Shown: in pieces, positions 18,643 through 28,024 of the stretch
Position numbering within the stretch: position 1 is the stretch's first letter
Layout: each line of letters starts with the position of its first letter
Sequence record: NC_028927.1
Origin: Escherichia phage slur02
Reading direction: 5' to 3' (one strand)
Length of the DNA stretch: 64,000 nucleotides
Translations under genes and position numbers: made by a program
The notes under the pieces: generated by a model
Seen by the model: only the letters and a program-made list of their open reading frames with translations
The model's database searches: none
Told to the model about the DNA's origin: nothing

Positions 18643-19611
18643 TTATTTCAGAAGAGTAACCTCAGCAATTTCTTCCCAACCGTTTTTGTCGGTCATAATA
18701 AAGTCAGCAAGATAAAGAGCAGTACGCAGTGAAACATTGCGTAAACGATTAACATTGACTTTCATCCATGATAATGCTTTATAAGTTTCTTCATCAGAAA
18801 GACCGCGCTTTTGCATCATGTCGGTTGAAAGAATAACATCTTCAACCCTGACCATAATTTCTTCATTAGTGTGAACACCCAAATCCAAATAAACTGAGCG
18901 GGACACTAATGCTTGTAAATGTGGAGCAAGTTTAGTACCACGGTCTAATTCGCGGTCAATGTCAACGTTTGTGATAAAAACAATCGTTCCTTTAAATTCA
19001 AACTCACGCTCAATGCCTTTTTCTTCTAAGTAAGAAGATGCAGTGCTCCAGCAGACTTTACGGGTCTCTCCAGTGTCCAGAGCAGCTTTCAGAAGATTAA
19101 GAATGTCCATATCAGAGAAAACATCCACATCATCAATCAAAAGGACAGAATTCTCTTCACGATTATTCCAAAGCTGTTCATAAAGACCGATACCGGAGAT
19201 TTTACCGTTAATGCTTTTATATTCAATGTATCCAATATCATTTGCTTTATTTAAAGCTTTATCTAAAGAATACGTTTTACCAATACCTGCCGCACCAGAG
19301 ATAATTAATGAACGAATGTTTCCGTTAATAATACCATTCGTCATCATTCCCATAACATTAAATCTTTTATTAATGCGGGTTTTCATATCTTCATACGATT
19401 CTTTAACTTCTTCAACTTTTACACCATCATATGAAATGTCTGATTTGTAAACCCAAACACCGCGACGTTTACCGTCAATTTCAACAAAAACTTTACCATC
19501 TCCTTGCGCATCTACCGGAGCATTATCTGGGAACCATTCGCCTAAGAGCTCAAAAGTTCCAGAGATTTCTTTACCGAAGTAGATACCCTTATTGATAGTT
19601 ACAGTTTTCAT
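18643..19611 (-). CDS. AAA+/P-loop ATPase, unknown role
   Basis: Walker A GAAGIGKT and Walker B LLIDDVD; start moved to Met 49 (MKTVTINK, GGAG RBS) because the track extension translates promoter sequence. Confidence 0.6.
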   Translation of the reverse strand: MKTVTINKGIYFGKEISGTFELLGEWFPDNAPVDAQGDGKVFVEIDGKRRGVWVYKSDISYDGVKVEEVKESYEDMKTRINKRFNVMGMMTNGIINGNIRSLIISGAAGIGKTYSLDKALNKANDIGYIEYKSINGKISGIGLYEQLWNNREENSVLLIDDVDVFSDMDILNLLKAALDTGETRKVCWSTASSYLEEKGIEREFEFKGTIVFITNVDIDRELDRGTKLAPHLQALVSRSVYLDLGVHTNEEIMVRVEDVILSTDMMQKRGLSDEETYKALSWMKVNVNRLRNVSLRTALYLADFIMTDKNGWEEIAEVTLLK

Positions 19612-19645
19612 TTTATTCTCCAAATCCGTATCAGTTGATAGTTGT

Positions 19646-19674
19646 ATAGTACCATAAAGCTTTATGCTTGTAAA
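19646..19674 (-). promoter_or_regulatory. Early promoter with conserved leader
   Basis: Minus strand GTTTACA-17-TACTAT then ACAACTATCAAC; upstream of AAA+ ATPase gene. Confidence 0.6.
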
Positions 19675-19694
19675 CAACTTTGTGAAAAATTTTT

Positions 19695-19724
19695 GAAATA
19701 AAAAAAGGGAGCCCGAAGGCTCCC
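19695..19724 (-). terminator. Rho-independent terminator after nucleotidyltransferase gene
   Basis: Minus strand GGGAGCC-UUCG-GGCUCCC then UUUUUUAUUU. Confidence 0.7.
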
Positions 19725-19726
19725 TA

Positions 19727-20740
19727 TCATTTATAATAACTTCGGTGGTTTTCAAGATAAACCTGTTCGAGGAAATTATTCCAAAAGCTCATATCTACTG
19801 TTTTAGGCATACCATTCTTAGAAGCTTCAGTAGATGCTGCTTCTACTTGATCGACCACATCTTCCAAAAACTCTTGAACCGTTTTAAATGGATGTTTACC
19901 CAACTTCACGTCGAGAATAAATGGAGCGTCTTGAAGTGGATAAACCAAGTCACCAGTTTTGTAAATTTCCAATAGTTGAAGTCCACCACGACAAGCATGG
20001 CTCAGAGCTTTCCAGTCAATGCCTTCATTGGCTTCGGCCTTTCGAGCGCGTTCACCATATTCAGCATCTAATTTGTTCAGTGACTGCTTAAGCTCAATAA
20101 GAGAAAGCGTTGTCTGATATTTACGACCCAACACTGTGTAAAACGTCTGTGGGCCTGTTTTCTCATGATTATGGAACACCCATTCACAGAATTCGTTTTC
20201 TGGAAGACGATGCTTAATATCTTCAACTTTAGTACGACGCTGCTTAATGGAACCGTCTTCTTGGTAATCAACCCATTGCTCAGGGATTTGATTAACTACT
20301 TTCAATACATCACGTAATGCAGCCAAACGAGAACCCTTGACACCGTATTTAGAAGCTTGCTTGCGGACATATCCTAAATAGGATTTCATGTTAGTCGTAT
20401 AAAAACGAGAACGGTTGTCTTGAATAAACTTCCACACATCAGGCAAATCTGATTTAACTACTAGCTCAGGTGGAGTGTGAAGCATATCCAATGCTACGGT
20501 TTCACCATCTGCTGCTAATTTAAAGAAATATTTAAGACTGTATAGTTCATGGTCAATATCATCTTTAGTGTTTTTAGATGATGTATTGTTAGTATTTTTA
20601 CTCATATGCTCTTTAACATTTCCGATAAGAATATCGCGAGCAGGAGGAACAAAGATTTCTTTAAAATCTACATCAGATTCTGGGGTAGAAGTTCCATAAA
20701 GATGACTACCAAAATAGCTTTTCATTACTGTTTTCATCAT
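19727..20740 (-). CDS. Pol-beta superfamily nucleotidyltransferase-fold protein, unknown role
   Basis: 337 aa; N-terminal GSHLYGTSTPESDVDF (G[GS]x10DxD) with downstream acidic strand TVALDMLH. Confidence 0.6.
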   Translation of the reverse strand: MMKTVMKSYFGSHLYGTSTPESDVDFKEIFVPPARDILIGNVKEHMSKNTNNTSSKNTKDDIDHELYSLKYFFKLAADGETVALDMLHTPPELVVKSDLPDVWKFIQDNRSRFYTTNMKSYLGYVRKQASKYGVKGSRLAALRDVLKVVNQIPEQWVDYQEDGSIKQRRTKVEDIKHRLPENEFCEWVFHNHEKTGPQTFYTVLGRKYQTTLSLIELKQSLNKLDAEYGERARKAEANEGIDWKALSHACRGGLQLLEIYKTGDLVYPLQDAPFILDVKLGKHPFKTVQEFLEDVVDQVEAASTEASKNGMPKTVDMSFWNNFLEQVYLENHRSYYK

Positions 20741-21198
20741 TCAGCCTTATATTCAATAACAGGACATACTTTAGCTTTACGAGCTTTTAAAAATTCGACG
20801 ATAATCGATTTCTTGGGTTGAATAGGAGGTAAACCTTTATACGCTCTATCAATATTTTCTACGTGTAAAGCATAATCCTTTTTCCATTTATAATCTTTAT
20901 ATTTTTCACGCAAATGTGCAGGAATAACAAATGAACCGATAATAAGTAAAACAACCAAAAGCGCAAGTATAAATGCTGATGGAAGCAAAGTCCATAAACT
21001 ACCGAAAATAAGCCAACGTTGTAGGCTTTCTGCACAAATAATTGTTAACCCTACGAGTATAGCACACCCAAAAATAGAAACGAAAAATGTAGGAATGGCA
21101 ATAGACCAAAAATATGCGCATAATGTCTTAGGTCGTTGCCATTCATCGTTAAACAATTTGAATAATTTATAGTGCCAAGAGTTTTCATTAATAATCAT
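20737..21198 (-). CDS. Hypothetical membrane protein
   Basis: 153 aa; three hydrophobic helices. Confidence 0.5.
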   Translation of the reverse strand: MIINENSWHYKLFKLFNDEWQRPKTLCAYFWSIAIPTFFVSIFGCAILVGLTIICAESLQRWLIFGSLWTLLPSAFILALLVVLLIIGSFVIPAHLREKYKDYKWKKDYALHVENIDRAYKGLPPIQPKKSIIVEFLKARKAKVCPVIEYKAE

Positions 21199-21200
21199 AA

Positions 21201-21722
21201 TTATCCTTTCATTGAAGGCGTAATGGTTGTTAAATACTTAATCATAGCTTCAGCTTCTGATTTTGATAATGAAATTTCTCCATTGTTTTGACGAATAGAA
21301 ATAAAATCCGGATGACGGTCACCACCAGCTTTTAAAACACACATATAAGTATCAACTTCACCTTCAATATTTGAAATGATTGAAGCAGTTCCACATGAAT
21401 GTGGTTTTTGATAAATCAATGCAGCTTTTCTTCCACCATTTGACTGTTCATAGGCTTTTAATACATCAAACAAATCAGTTCTTTTATCAATAGCTAAAAT
21501 GTTATTTTCATCTTCAATGTTAAATCCTTCGGATACTTCATAAAGCGTTACCCATAAATCACCGATGTCAATAACAGCATTTACTTTTCCACGGCTTTCA
21601 AGAGTATGACAAATTTTCTTGATTTCGTCATAACTCATTTTAATAATATCATCTCCTTGACTAAGGAAGATGTCATTTTTAAATTCAACACGAATTAAAC
21701 CACTTTCACTTGAAATAAACAT
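21201..21722 (-). CDS. Hypothetical protein, paralog of 21729-22274
   Basis: 173 aa; C-terminus SEAEAMIKYLTTITPSMKG parallels neighbour. Confidence 0.55.
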   Translation of the reverse strand: MFISSESGLIRVEFKNDIFLSQGDDIIKMSYDEIKKICHTLESRGKVNAVIDIGDLWVTLYEVSEGFNIEDENNILAIDKRTDLFDVLKAYEQSNGGRKAALIYQKPHSCGTASIISNIEGEVDTYMCVLKAGGDRHPDFISIRQNNGEISLSKSEAEAMIKYLTTITPSMKG

Positions 21723-21728
21723 ATTTCC

Positions 21729-22274
21729 TCACTTTGAAATCATAGTTGGAATAACAGAATCAAGATAAGTCTTTAGTGCAATAGCTTCGTCTTTGGTAAA
21801 TGTGACAATATGTGCTCGAAAATCATCAATTTGACGAATAGTTAAGACATCTCCATCTTCATAACATTTTGATACGTTTAAAACAGTTTCATCATTCTGA
21901 TTGCAAGCGTTAGTAATAATAGCATTGCAATTTTTAAACCATTTTAAACTATGTTTTCTTTCATTAGAATAATAAAAATATTTAATCTTATCTATAAAAC
22001 TATCCCAATGGATAACTGATAAGCATATTGACTCGCTTTCAATATTAAATCCTGGGCATGAAGAATAAAAATGAATTTTATGCTTATCATTAATGCTTAC
22101 AATTTTATCAGTATAAGGATTTTCAATTTTGGTTAAATGAATGATTTCACTAGGCGTAAAATACAGCATATCGTCTTCTTGTGTCAAACGATACATATTA
22201 TTTACTTTTTCTATAGCCAATTCACCAAAAAGTGAACTAACTTCTAATACTAATCGTTTCGCCGCTACCGTCAT
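21729..22274 (-). CDS. Hypothetical protein, paralog of 21201-21722
   Basis: 181 aa; C-terminus KDEAIALKTYLDSVIPTMISK; early promoter at 22407-22435. Confidence 0.55.
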   Translation of the reverse strand: MTVAAKRLVLEVSSLFGELAIEKVNNMYRLTQEDDMLYFTPSEIIHLTKIENPYTDKIVSINDKHKIHFYSSCPGFNIESESICLSVIHWDSFIDKIKYFYYSNERKHSLKWFKNCNAIITNACNQNDETVLNVSKCYEDGDVLTIRQIDDFRAHIVTFTKDEAIALKTYLDSVIPTMISK

Positions 22275-22406
22275 TACATACTCCTCTGAATCATATCAAT
22301 AATGTTGTTTACCAGATTATAAGTAAACATTGGGTAATTATATTGAATCATCACATACACAACAAACAAAACTTTCATTCTCTTCTCCTTGGCAGTTGAC
22401 AAGATT

Positions 22407-22435
22407 ACTATACCATAACCTTGCCAACTTGTAAA
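22407..22435 (-). promoter_or_regulatory. Early (sigma70-type) promoter
   Basis: Minus strand GTTTACA-17-TATAGT. Confidence 0.55.
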
Positions 22436-22601
22436 CCATTAAATGACGTTTTCAATAAAATTCTGAAGCTTTGTATGAGCATCAACCATGATTTTCATTT
22501 CTTCTTTGGCGAAAGCTATACCTCTTTCCCGAGAAGAACACTCATAGTCAGAAACTGCATTAGCATATTCTTCAATTAACTTCATTAAAAACATCTGCTT
22601 T

Positions 22602-22796
22602 TCAGTTTTCATTATTCCACCTAATCATTTCAAGATATTGAACTAACTTAGCTTTAGATTTATCCAAATCCTTTTTAGCTGCTTCTATACCGTCGTATGA
22701 ATATCCTTCACAATGCTCAACTGCTAATTGATATGAATCTATTTCAATATCACGTGCTAATTTAATGATTTTTTCAAACTGTTCGCGTGTTAGCAT
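22602..22796 (-). CDS. Hypothetical small protein
   Basis: ORF track 64 aa. Confidence 0.4.
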   Translation of the reverse strand: MLTREQFEKIIKLARDIEIDSYQLAVEHCEGYSYDGIEAAKKDLDKSKAKLVQYLEMIRWNNEN

Positions 22797-22798
22797 AC

Positions 22799-23002
22799 TT
22801 AAACTCTCGTATTATGATCGATAATTTCATCAAGAAACATATCTAACGCTTCTACAGCATTATTAACTTTATCTTCAAGTTCTTCAATACTTTTATTTGC
22901 AATGCCTGACGAAAACCAAGCAAAGTCACTAAGTTCCTCATCTGCTTTACGAATTAAAGCTACCAATTCCTTAATTTTATCCGCTTGTTCGATACTAATC
23001 AT
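22799..23002 (-). CDS. Hypothetical small acidic protein
   Basis: ORF track ORF trimmed to Met 13 (TAATG junction). Confidence 0.4.
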   Translation of the reverse strand: MISIEQADKIKELVALIRKADEELSDFAWFSSGIANKSIEELEDKVNNAVEALDMFLDEIIDHNTRV

Positions 23003-23190
23003 TATTCCACCACATATGAAAGAGAGAATATTGCACACGCCATGTGAGTTGCAACTTCATCACACATATTATAACGTTTCTTAAGAAATTCTACAAGTTC
23101 TTCACTAGTAACTTCATCCATGTCGACGAAAAAATCACCATTAATGATGACGTAGATATTTCCTTCTTGATTAAGTGCTTCAATTTTCAT
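23002..23190 (-). CDS. Hypothetical small protein
   Basis: ORF track ORF trimmed to Met 16 because the extension overlaps the promoter at 23219-23247; GAGGAG RBS. Confidence 0.45.
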   Translation of the reverse strand: MKIEALNQEGNIYVIINGDFFVDMDEVTSEELVEFLKKRYNMCDEVATHMACAIFSLSYVVE

Positions 23191-23218
23191 GATGTTCTCC
23201 TCTTTATCCGATAGTTGT

Positions 23219-23247
23219 ATAGTACCACAGCTCAAACGGAAAGTAAA
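23219..23247 (-). promoter_or_regulatory. Early promoter with conserved leader
   Basis: Minus strand TTTACT-17-TACTAT then ACAACTATC. Confidence 0.55.
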
Positions 23248-23257
23248 CCGGTAAAAT

Positions 23258-23280
23258 GAAAAAAGTCTCCCGAAGGAGAC
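23258..23280 (-). terminator. Rho-independent terminator
   Basis: Minus strand GUCUCC-UUCG-GGAGAC then UUUUUU. Confidence 0.65.
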
Positions 23281-23285
23281 TAATG

Positions 23286-23672
23286 TTATTCGAGGGAAAG
23301 AAGATACTTACTCTGGTAAAACATTCCAGTAATATCATCTATCGTGCTTTGGATGGCTGGAGGCATTTCTTTATAAATGCTGTTAGATTGGTCTAGTATG
23401 TGATCAATCATTTTAATTGTGTCGGTAGGAAGTTTACTGGCATCTGGAATTGAAGGTGTGTATTTTCTACCAGAATACCCCAAATATTGCTCACCAAATT
23501 TATCAATCAAATCTGGCAACTCGGAGAAAATAAAATCGTATGCTTTGTGTCTAGCATAACTTTTAGTTTCAAAATGTGCAGAATGAAAATAAGCTTGTGC
23601 AGCCATTAATAAACCTAAGTATTCATCTGCCTTTGAAGGTTTTCCACTTTGTGAAAAGTCGCTGAATTTCAT
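23286..23672 (-). CDS. Hypothetical protein
   Basis: 128 aa; hairpin at 23265-23280 right after the stop. Confidence 0.5.
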   Translation of the reverse strand: MKFSDFSQSGKPSKADEYLGLLMAAQAYFHSAHFETKSYARHKAYDFIFSELPDLIDKFGEQYLGYSGRKYTPSIPDASKLPTDTIKMIDHILDQSNSIYKEMPPAIQSTIDDITGMFYQSKYLLSLE

Positions 23673-23962
23673 TCAGTCTCCAATTTAATGTTCATAATTC
23701 TAGCGTATGATTGTGCCATCTCCGCGCCTCGCTCTATACATTCAAAATCAGAAGAGCACGGGTCATTTTTATAGGTCGTTCTCATAAAACTATAGAATTG
23801 TTCAGACGATTCTACGCTTTTATTTTCAAAAAGCATATAAACGTGCCTAATACCAGATTCCATAAATTTATCAAAATGAGGATCGACATTCGCTTCAATC
23901 GGTGGAGATAAAACAAATGACAATCCTAGCATGGCAAATAGTGCCGTTGCTTTTAAGGCCAT
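23669..23962 (-). CDS. rI: Lysis-inhibition antiholin RI (periplasmic, signal-anchor)
   Basis: 97 aa; N-terminal hydrophobic MALKATALFAMLGLSFVLSPPIEA; matches recalled T4 RI and its position just before tk. Confidence 0.7.
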   Translation of the reverse strand: MALKATALFAMLGLSFVLSPPIEANVDPHFDKFMESGIRHVYMLFENKSVESSEQFYSFMRTTYKNDPCSSDFECIERGAEMAQSYARIMNIKLETE

Positions 23963-23974
23963 AAAGGCCTCCTA

Positions 23975-24187
23975 TCATTTTTGTCCTGTATTTACTTTAT
24001 GCCGATGCACGGCCTTAACTTTATCAAGGTATTTTTCAAAATTTCGCAATCTAGTATAGTCTGCCGGAGATTGGTTGAGTGATACTTCTCGACGCAAAGC
24101 TGAAATGATATTTCCAACTTCCCTACGAATTTCATCTAATTGAAGCACAGTAAGATTGCGAAGTTGCTTTTCAGTTAATTGTAGCAT
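23975..24187 (-). CDS. Hypothetical small basic protein
   Basis: ORF track 70 aa. Confidence 0.45.
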
Positions 24188-24229
24188 ATATACCCCTTTA
24201 GTTAGATAAACCTATTTATAACTTTTGCA

Positions 24230-24811
24230 CTAACCGAGCTTTTTAGTTAATTCATTCCAATGTTTTCTACACAAAGAAACATAAATTTCATCACCAATAC
24301 AGATTTGATTACCTTCTTTAACTGGTGTTCCATCTTCCATTAATCGAGCTGTCATAATCGCTTTTTTACCACAATGACAAACTGCTTTTAATTCAATAAG
24401 TTTATCTGCAATCGCTAAAAGTTCTTTAGAACCTTCAAATAATTTTCCAGCGAAATCAGTCCTTAATCCATAAGCCATAACAGGAACATTATATGTATCA
24501 ACAATTCGGCTCAATTGATGCACTTGTTCAGTTTTTAAAAACTGAGCTTCATCTACAAATACGCAATGAATATCTTTTTGTGCTTCAGCCCATTTATAGA
24601 ACTCGAAAATATCCATATCATCTGTAATAATATTCGCTTCCTGTTTAATTCCAATGCGAGAAACAACTTCACAGACAGAATCGCGAGTATCAATAGCAGG
24701 CTTAAGAACTAATACACTCATTCCACGTTCTTTATAATTATGTGCAGCAGTCAAAAGAGAAGCAGATTTTCCAGCATTCATTGCTGCATAAGTAAAAATT
24801 AAACTCGCCAT
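24230..24811 (-). CDS. tk: Thymidine kinase
   Basis: 193 aa; P-loop AAMNAGKS; Cys-rich C-terminus. Confidence 0.9.
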   Translation of the reverse strand: MASLIFTYAAMNAGKSASLLTAAHNYKERGMSVLVLKPAIDTRDSVCEVVSRIGIKQEANIITDDMDIFEFYKWAEAQKDIHCVFVDEAQFLKTEQVHQLSRIVDTYNVPVMAYGLRTDFAGKLFEGSKELLAIADKLIELKAVCHCGKKAIMTARLMEDGTPVKEGNQICIGDEIYVSLCRKHWNELTKKLG

Positions 24812-24820
24812 ATCACCTTC

Positions 24821-25006
24821 TTAAAGCGTATTCACATAAGCTATTAATTCATTTTCTTTCTTATCAAACCGATCAGCAAATTCTTCCTGCTGTTCGGGAG
24901 ATAGCGGGCCGTATTCATCATAAAAGGTGTTTGCTTCTGTATGCTCATCTAGAAGTTCATGGATAAGCTCAAACAATTTATCTTTTTGTTCTTTACTCAG
25001 ACTCAT
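24821..25006 (-). CDS. Hypothetical small acidic protein
   Basis: ORF track 61 aa. Confidence 0.4.
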   Translation of the reverse strand: MSLSKEQKDKLFELIHELLDEHTEANTFYDEYGPLSPEQQEEFADRFDKKENELIAYVNTL

Positions 25007-25176
25007 ATATTAATTTCCAGGAGTTTTAAGATAATTCGCTTTTGCTTAAATATTTCCATCGTTAAATGATCAATATCTTTTTGACCAATTCCAATAGCAA
25101 AACCCTTATTTACGGCAAGTTCAATTAAATTATCAATATTGCGTAAAACTTCATAACGTAACTCAAAATTATTCAT
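25003..25176 (-). CDS. Hypothetical 57-aa protein
   Basis: Own reading (MNNFELRYEVLRNID...); ATATGA overlap with downstream ORF. Confidence 0.3.
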   Translation of the reverse strand: MNNFELRYEVLRNIDNLIELAVNKGFAIGIGQKDIDHLTMEIFKQKRIILKLLEINI

Positions 25177-25400
25177 TTTGGTTCACCTTCTTTAACGAAA
25201 TCAGGATAAGGATAAAATCCTGAATAAAATCCTTCACCTTTATGATTGATGCATCCTTTATTAGAACAATAGCACCAATAATCGAAATCACAAGCCATTT
25301 CATCGTTGCATAAAGCAAAAACAACCGGCCACTTACACTTTTCACAGTGGGCATTTTTAAGAATACTAGTTTGGCTCATAACCATGTAACCTTTAAGCAA
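25173..25400 (-). CDS. Hypothetical Cys-rich small protein
   Basis: 75 aa with 9 Cys. Confidence 0.4.
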   Translation of the reverse strand: MLKGYMVMSQTSILKNAHCEKCKWPVVFALCNDEMACDFDYWCYCSNKGCINHKGEGFYSGFYPYPDFVKEGEPK

Positions 25401-25588
25401 TATTCTTCTACATGTTGTTTACGACCTTTCTTATCAATAAAGGTATATTCAACGAATGTTCCAATGTAGTCTTTATCTACATCATGTGGACTATTAATTG
25501 GACATTTAGTACGGCAAATGCGTTCCCATTGACGAATAATTACTGCTTTGTTTTTAGGATCAAACGGATGTGGGTAATGCACTTTCAT
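25376..25588 (-). CDS. Hypothetical small protein
   Basis: ORF track 70 aa. Confidence 0.4.
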   Translation of the reverse strand: MKVHYPHPFDPKNKAVIIRQWERICRTKCPINSPHDVDKDYIGTFVEYTFIDKKGRKQHVEEYCLKVTWL

Positions 25589-26039
25589 AATCCACCACTA
25601 TTAAATCAATATCAGGAGTAAACATGTCGATTAATTTAGAAACCTTATCCCAATCGCCGCCAGCAATACCACAACCTATGCGTGGAATGTAAATTACCGG
25701 TTTAAACAAAAGGGTTTCTGCCTGTAGATTTAATTCTATCATGCAGTTTACTAAAGCACCATAATCAAGATTAGGACCTGGTTCGTATTGCGTATACAGG
25801 TTATAGCATATACCAAAACCATTAGGTTTATGTTTAAAAACAATAGACATATCGCCTAATTTATCACGAGAACCGTACTCAGTAGTGGTTTTATCTATTT
25901 CTAAAATTTTGGGATAGGCTCTTGCTAATTGACCAGCTACACCTGAACCCATAGTATGAAAACAATTGCACCCGTGCGCAATAATATTACCTTGAAGAAA
26001 TAGGGCGACAATATCGCCCTTGATATATTTTACAATCAT
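25560..26039 (-). CDS. Macro-domain-like protein (putative ADP-ribose binding/hydrolase)
   Basis: 159 aa; GDIVALF...NIIAHGCNCFHTMGSGVAGQLARAYP and later IPRIGCGIAGGDW resemble macro-domain signature blocks. Confidence 0.55.
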   Translation of the reverse strand: MIVKYIKGDIVALFLQGNIIAHGCNCFHTMGSGVAGQLARAYPKILEIDKTTTEYGSRDKLGDMSIVFKHKPNGFGICYNLYTQYEPGPNLDYGALVNCMIELNLQAETLLFKPVIYIPRIGCGIAGGDWDKVSKLIDMFTPDIDLIVVDYESALPTSV

Positions 26040-26377
26040 CTAGTACTCAATCCTCGATTATAAGAATCTACCAAACGGTCAACCATTGAATGACAAGCGG
26101 CTTTATCTTTCTCCTCCGCAACTGAACATTCTAAGGTATTCCACTTTTTAGCATATCGTTTTAACAATGTATCATTTTTGTATCTGCTTGATTTATCTCT
26201 TTCTCCGTCTTTATATGCATATATTAATTTCTGCGCAAATTCAGCTTGGCATGCTTTATTTTTCCCGCAATAATCCGCTGCAGTACGGTTTACATACTCT
26301 CTAATTTCAGTATATGATGTATCTGCTAACGCAGAAAATGAAATTAATCCTATACATAAAACCAAAATTTTAGTCAT
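26036..26377 (-). CDS. Hypothetical secreted protein
   Basis: 113 aa; signal peptide MTKILVLCIGLISFSALA. Confidence 0.5.
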   Translation of the reverse strand: MTKILVLCIGLISFSALADTSYTEIREYVNRTAADYCGKNKACQAEFAQKLIYAYKDGERDKSSRYKNDTLLKRYAKKWNTLECSVAEEKDKAACHSMVDRLVDSYNRGLSTR

Positions 26378-26915
26378 TTACTATTTCCAAAAGTTTATTA
26401 TTTTTAAGGTAATTAGCCTTTTCTAGGACTTCAGAAGCATATTTAGAACCTGCTTTAACATTCCATCCCGAATTATAAGAGGATATTGCTTTTCTTATAT
26501 CGCCCTTATGTATATTTAACCAATAAGAAAGTTCAATGTACGCCCAGGAAGCTGAATTGGACCGTTTATTCAACATTCTTTTTATTTCAGCATCGGTCAT
26601 ATTATAACCAAGTTCCTTAACTCTTGCTCGCATAGTAGGCAAATAATTTTGGAACATTCCGTAGGCGTGATGCTTTGCTTTAGATTTTAAATTAACTCCG
26701 CCAGAGCTTTCTTGCCATAAAATAGCAGCCATTATATGACCCAATCCGCTCTTGTGGATATTTTTGTGTGTTTTATATTTTCCATCCTTAGAAAATTGTT
26801 CCCCGAATTGATACGCGTAACGCATGTTATCGAGTTGGACATTACTGAAAGTATGCTCGGAGCTATGTGCCATCATTGAAATGGCCAATAGACCAGCGAG
26901 TAGTGCTTTTCTCAT
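26370..26915 (-). CDS. Secreted lytic-transglycosylase-like protein
   Basis: 181 aa; signal peptide; WQESSGG...AYGMFQ block typical of SLT domains. Confidence 0.65.
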   Translation of the reverse strand: MRKALLAGLLAISMMAHSSEHTFSNVQLDNMRYAYQFGEQFSKDGKYKTHKNIHKSGLGHIMAAILWQESSGGVNLKSKAKHHAYGMFQNYLPTMRARVKELGYNMTDAEIKRMLNKRSNSASWAYIELSYWLNIHKGDIRKAISSYNSGWNVKAGSKYASEVLEKANYLKNNKLLEIVND

Positions 26916-26922
26916 GCTTACC

Positions 26923-27384
26923 TCATTGAGTTTTAATTACTGCTTTAGAAGCCTTTCCTGGTAAACGACGACTGTTGATAATTGCCATCCTGCATTGAAG
27001 TGACGGGTCTTTGAACTTCTCATTAGGCTTACAAACCGTAAATCCAAGCCAAAGATTTCCATCTGTGATTTCTAAACGTCCAGGACGATATTCAACCCCA
27101 TCAATAAAATCCTCGTCAATGTCAGGACGCGGAGGCATACTCAGGAATTCATTAACTTCTAAAACATGGTCTTTTATTTTATGGAATAATTCAAAAACAT
27201 ATGTCTCATCAATCTCCCGTTGAATTGCACGATCAAGAAGATGTTGAGAATATTTTAGATGAAACGATGAGACTCCTGCTGCTTTTGATGCCTCACGAAT
27301 CTCATTGTTAATTTGACGAAACTCCGACTCAAAGTGACGACGAAGCTTATTTCGACGGATAAAAACTTCTGTATTGATAGTCAT
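26923..27384 (-). CDS. regB: Endoribonuclease RegB
   Basis: 153 aa matching recalled T4 RegB (MTINTEVFIRRNKLRRHFESEF...); early promoter at 27412-27440. Confidence 0.85.
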   Translation of the reverse strand: MTINTEVFIRRNKLRRHFESEFRQINNEIREASKAAGVSSFHLKYSQHLLDRAIQREIDETYVFELFHKIKDHVLEVNEFLSMPPRPDIDEDFIDGVEYRPGRLEITDGNLWLGFTVCKPNEKFKDPSLQCRMAIINSRRLPGKASKAVIKTQ

Positions 27385-27411
27385 GTTGTTCTCCTCTTAA
27401 CTGATAGAAAA

Positions 27412-27440
27412 ATTATACCACAGTCAAGAGGAAAAGTAAA
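27412..27440 (-). promoter_or_regulatory. Early promoter upstream of regB
   Basis: Minus strand TTTACT-17-TATAAT. Confidence 0.6.
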
Positions 27441-27443
27441 CAG

Positions 27444-27722
27444 TTATTCTTTAAATCTAATCAATTTATTCATAGACTTTGAAACTTCTGCACGAACCTC
27501 ATGTAAGTTTTTAAGCTGTTCAAGACGCTGCTCATAGTAAGCAATTTCATCTTCTTCGAGACAGTCCTGTGAATCTTCTTTAAGATAGCGTGCATAGTCC
27601 TGGAAAGCTTTACGGACTACTTCCTGGAAGTCATCAAGACTTTGAATTTTCTTAGGAGCGGCAGATACACGACGAGGGGCAGTATAATACTCATAACCAA
27701 ACCCTGCACTTAATTGAGCCAT
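27444..27722 (-). CDS. Hypothetical small protein
   Basis: ORF track ORF trimmed to Met 15 (TAATG junction). Confidence 0.5.
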   Translation of the reverse strand: MAQLSAGFGYEYYTAPRRVSAAPKKIQSLDDFQEVVRKAFQDYARYLKEDSQDCLEEDEIAYYEQRLEQLKNLHEVRAEVSKSMNKLIRFKE

Positions 27723-28024
27723 TAGTATTTTTCCTCTGGTTGGAACACAGCACGGCAAGCCCACATACTTGCTTCTTTGAGTTTCGTTTTAGCAATAGTT
27801 AACTGATCGAGGCTTTCGGCGTAATTCTTCGCGAGTTCATCATCTTCACAGCTATCAAATGCTTCCCAGAATTCATCGTATAAAGCGTCAAAGATAAGTC
27901 CTAAACGAACTTCAGCGTCTTTGATAGCATTCACTTTACCGATTTTCTCTTCAGTATGCGGCTTATAACCTTTAATGTCTTCAATCATATTTGACTTCCT
28001 CACCAGTACATAAATCGTATTCAA
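27722..28024 (-). CDS. Hypothetical small acidic protein
   Basis: ORF track 100 aa; start may be the internal Met. Confidence 0.45.
   Translation of the reverse strand: MNTIYVLVRKSNMIEDIKGYKPHTEEKIGKVNAIKDAEVRLGLIFDALYDEFWEAFDSCEDDELAKNYAESLDQLTIAKTKLKEASMWACRAVFQPEEKY

Noticed and set aside
18643-19755. ORF-track N-terminal extensions reading GTIQLS (18643-19755, 23002-23235, 34936-35262)
   Set aside because: The extension is the translation of the conserved promoter/leader element; true starts are downstream Met codons with RBS.
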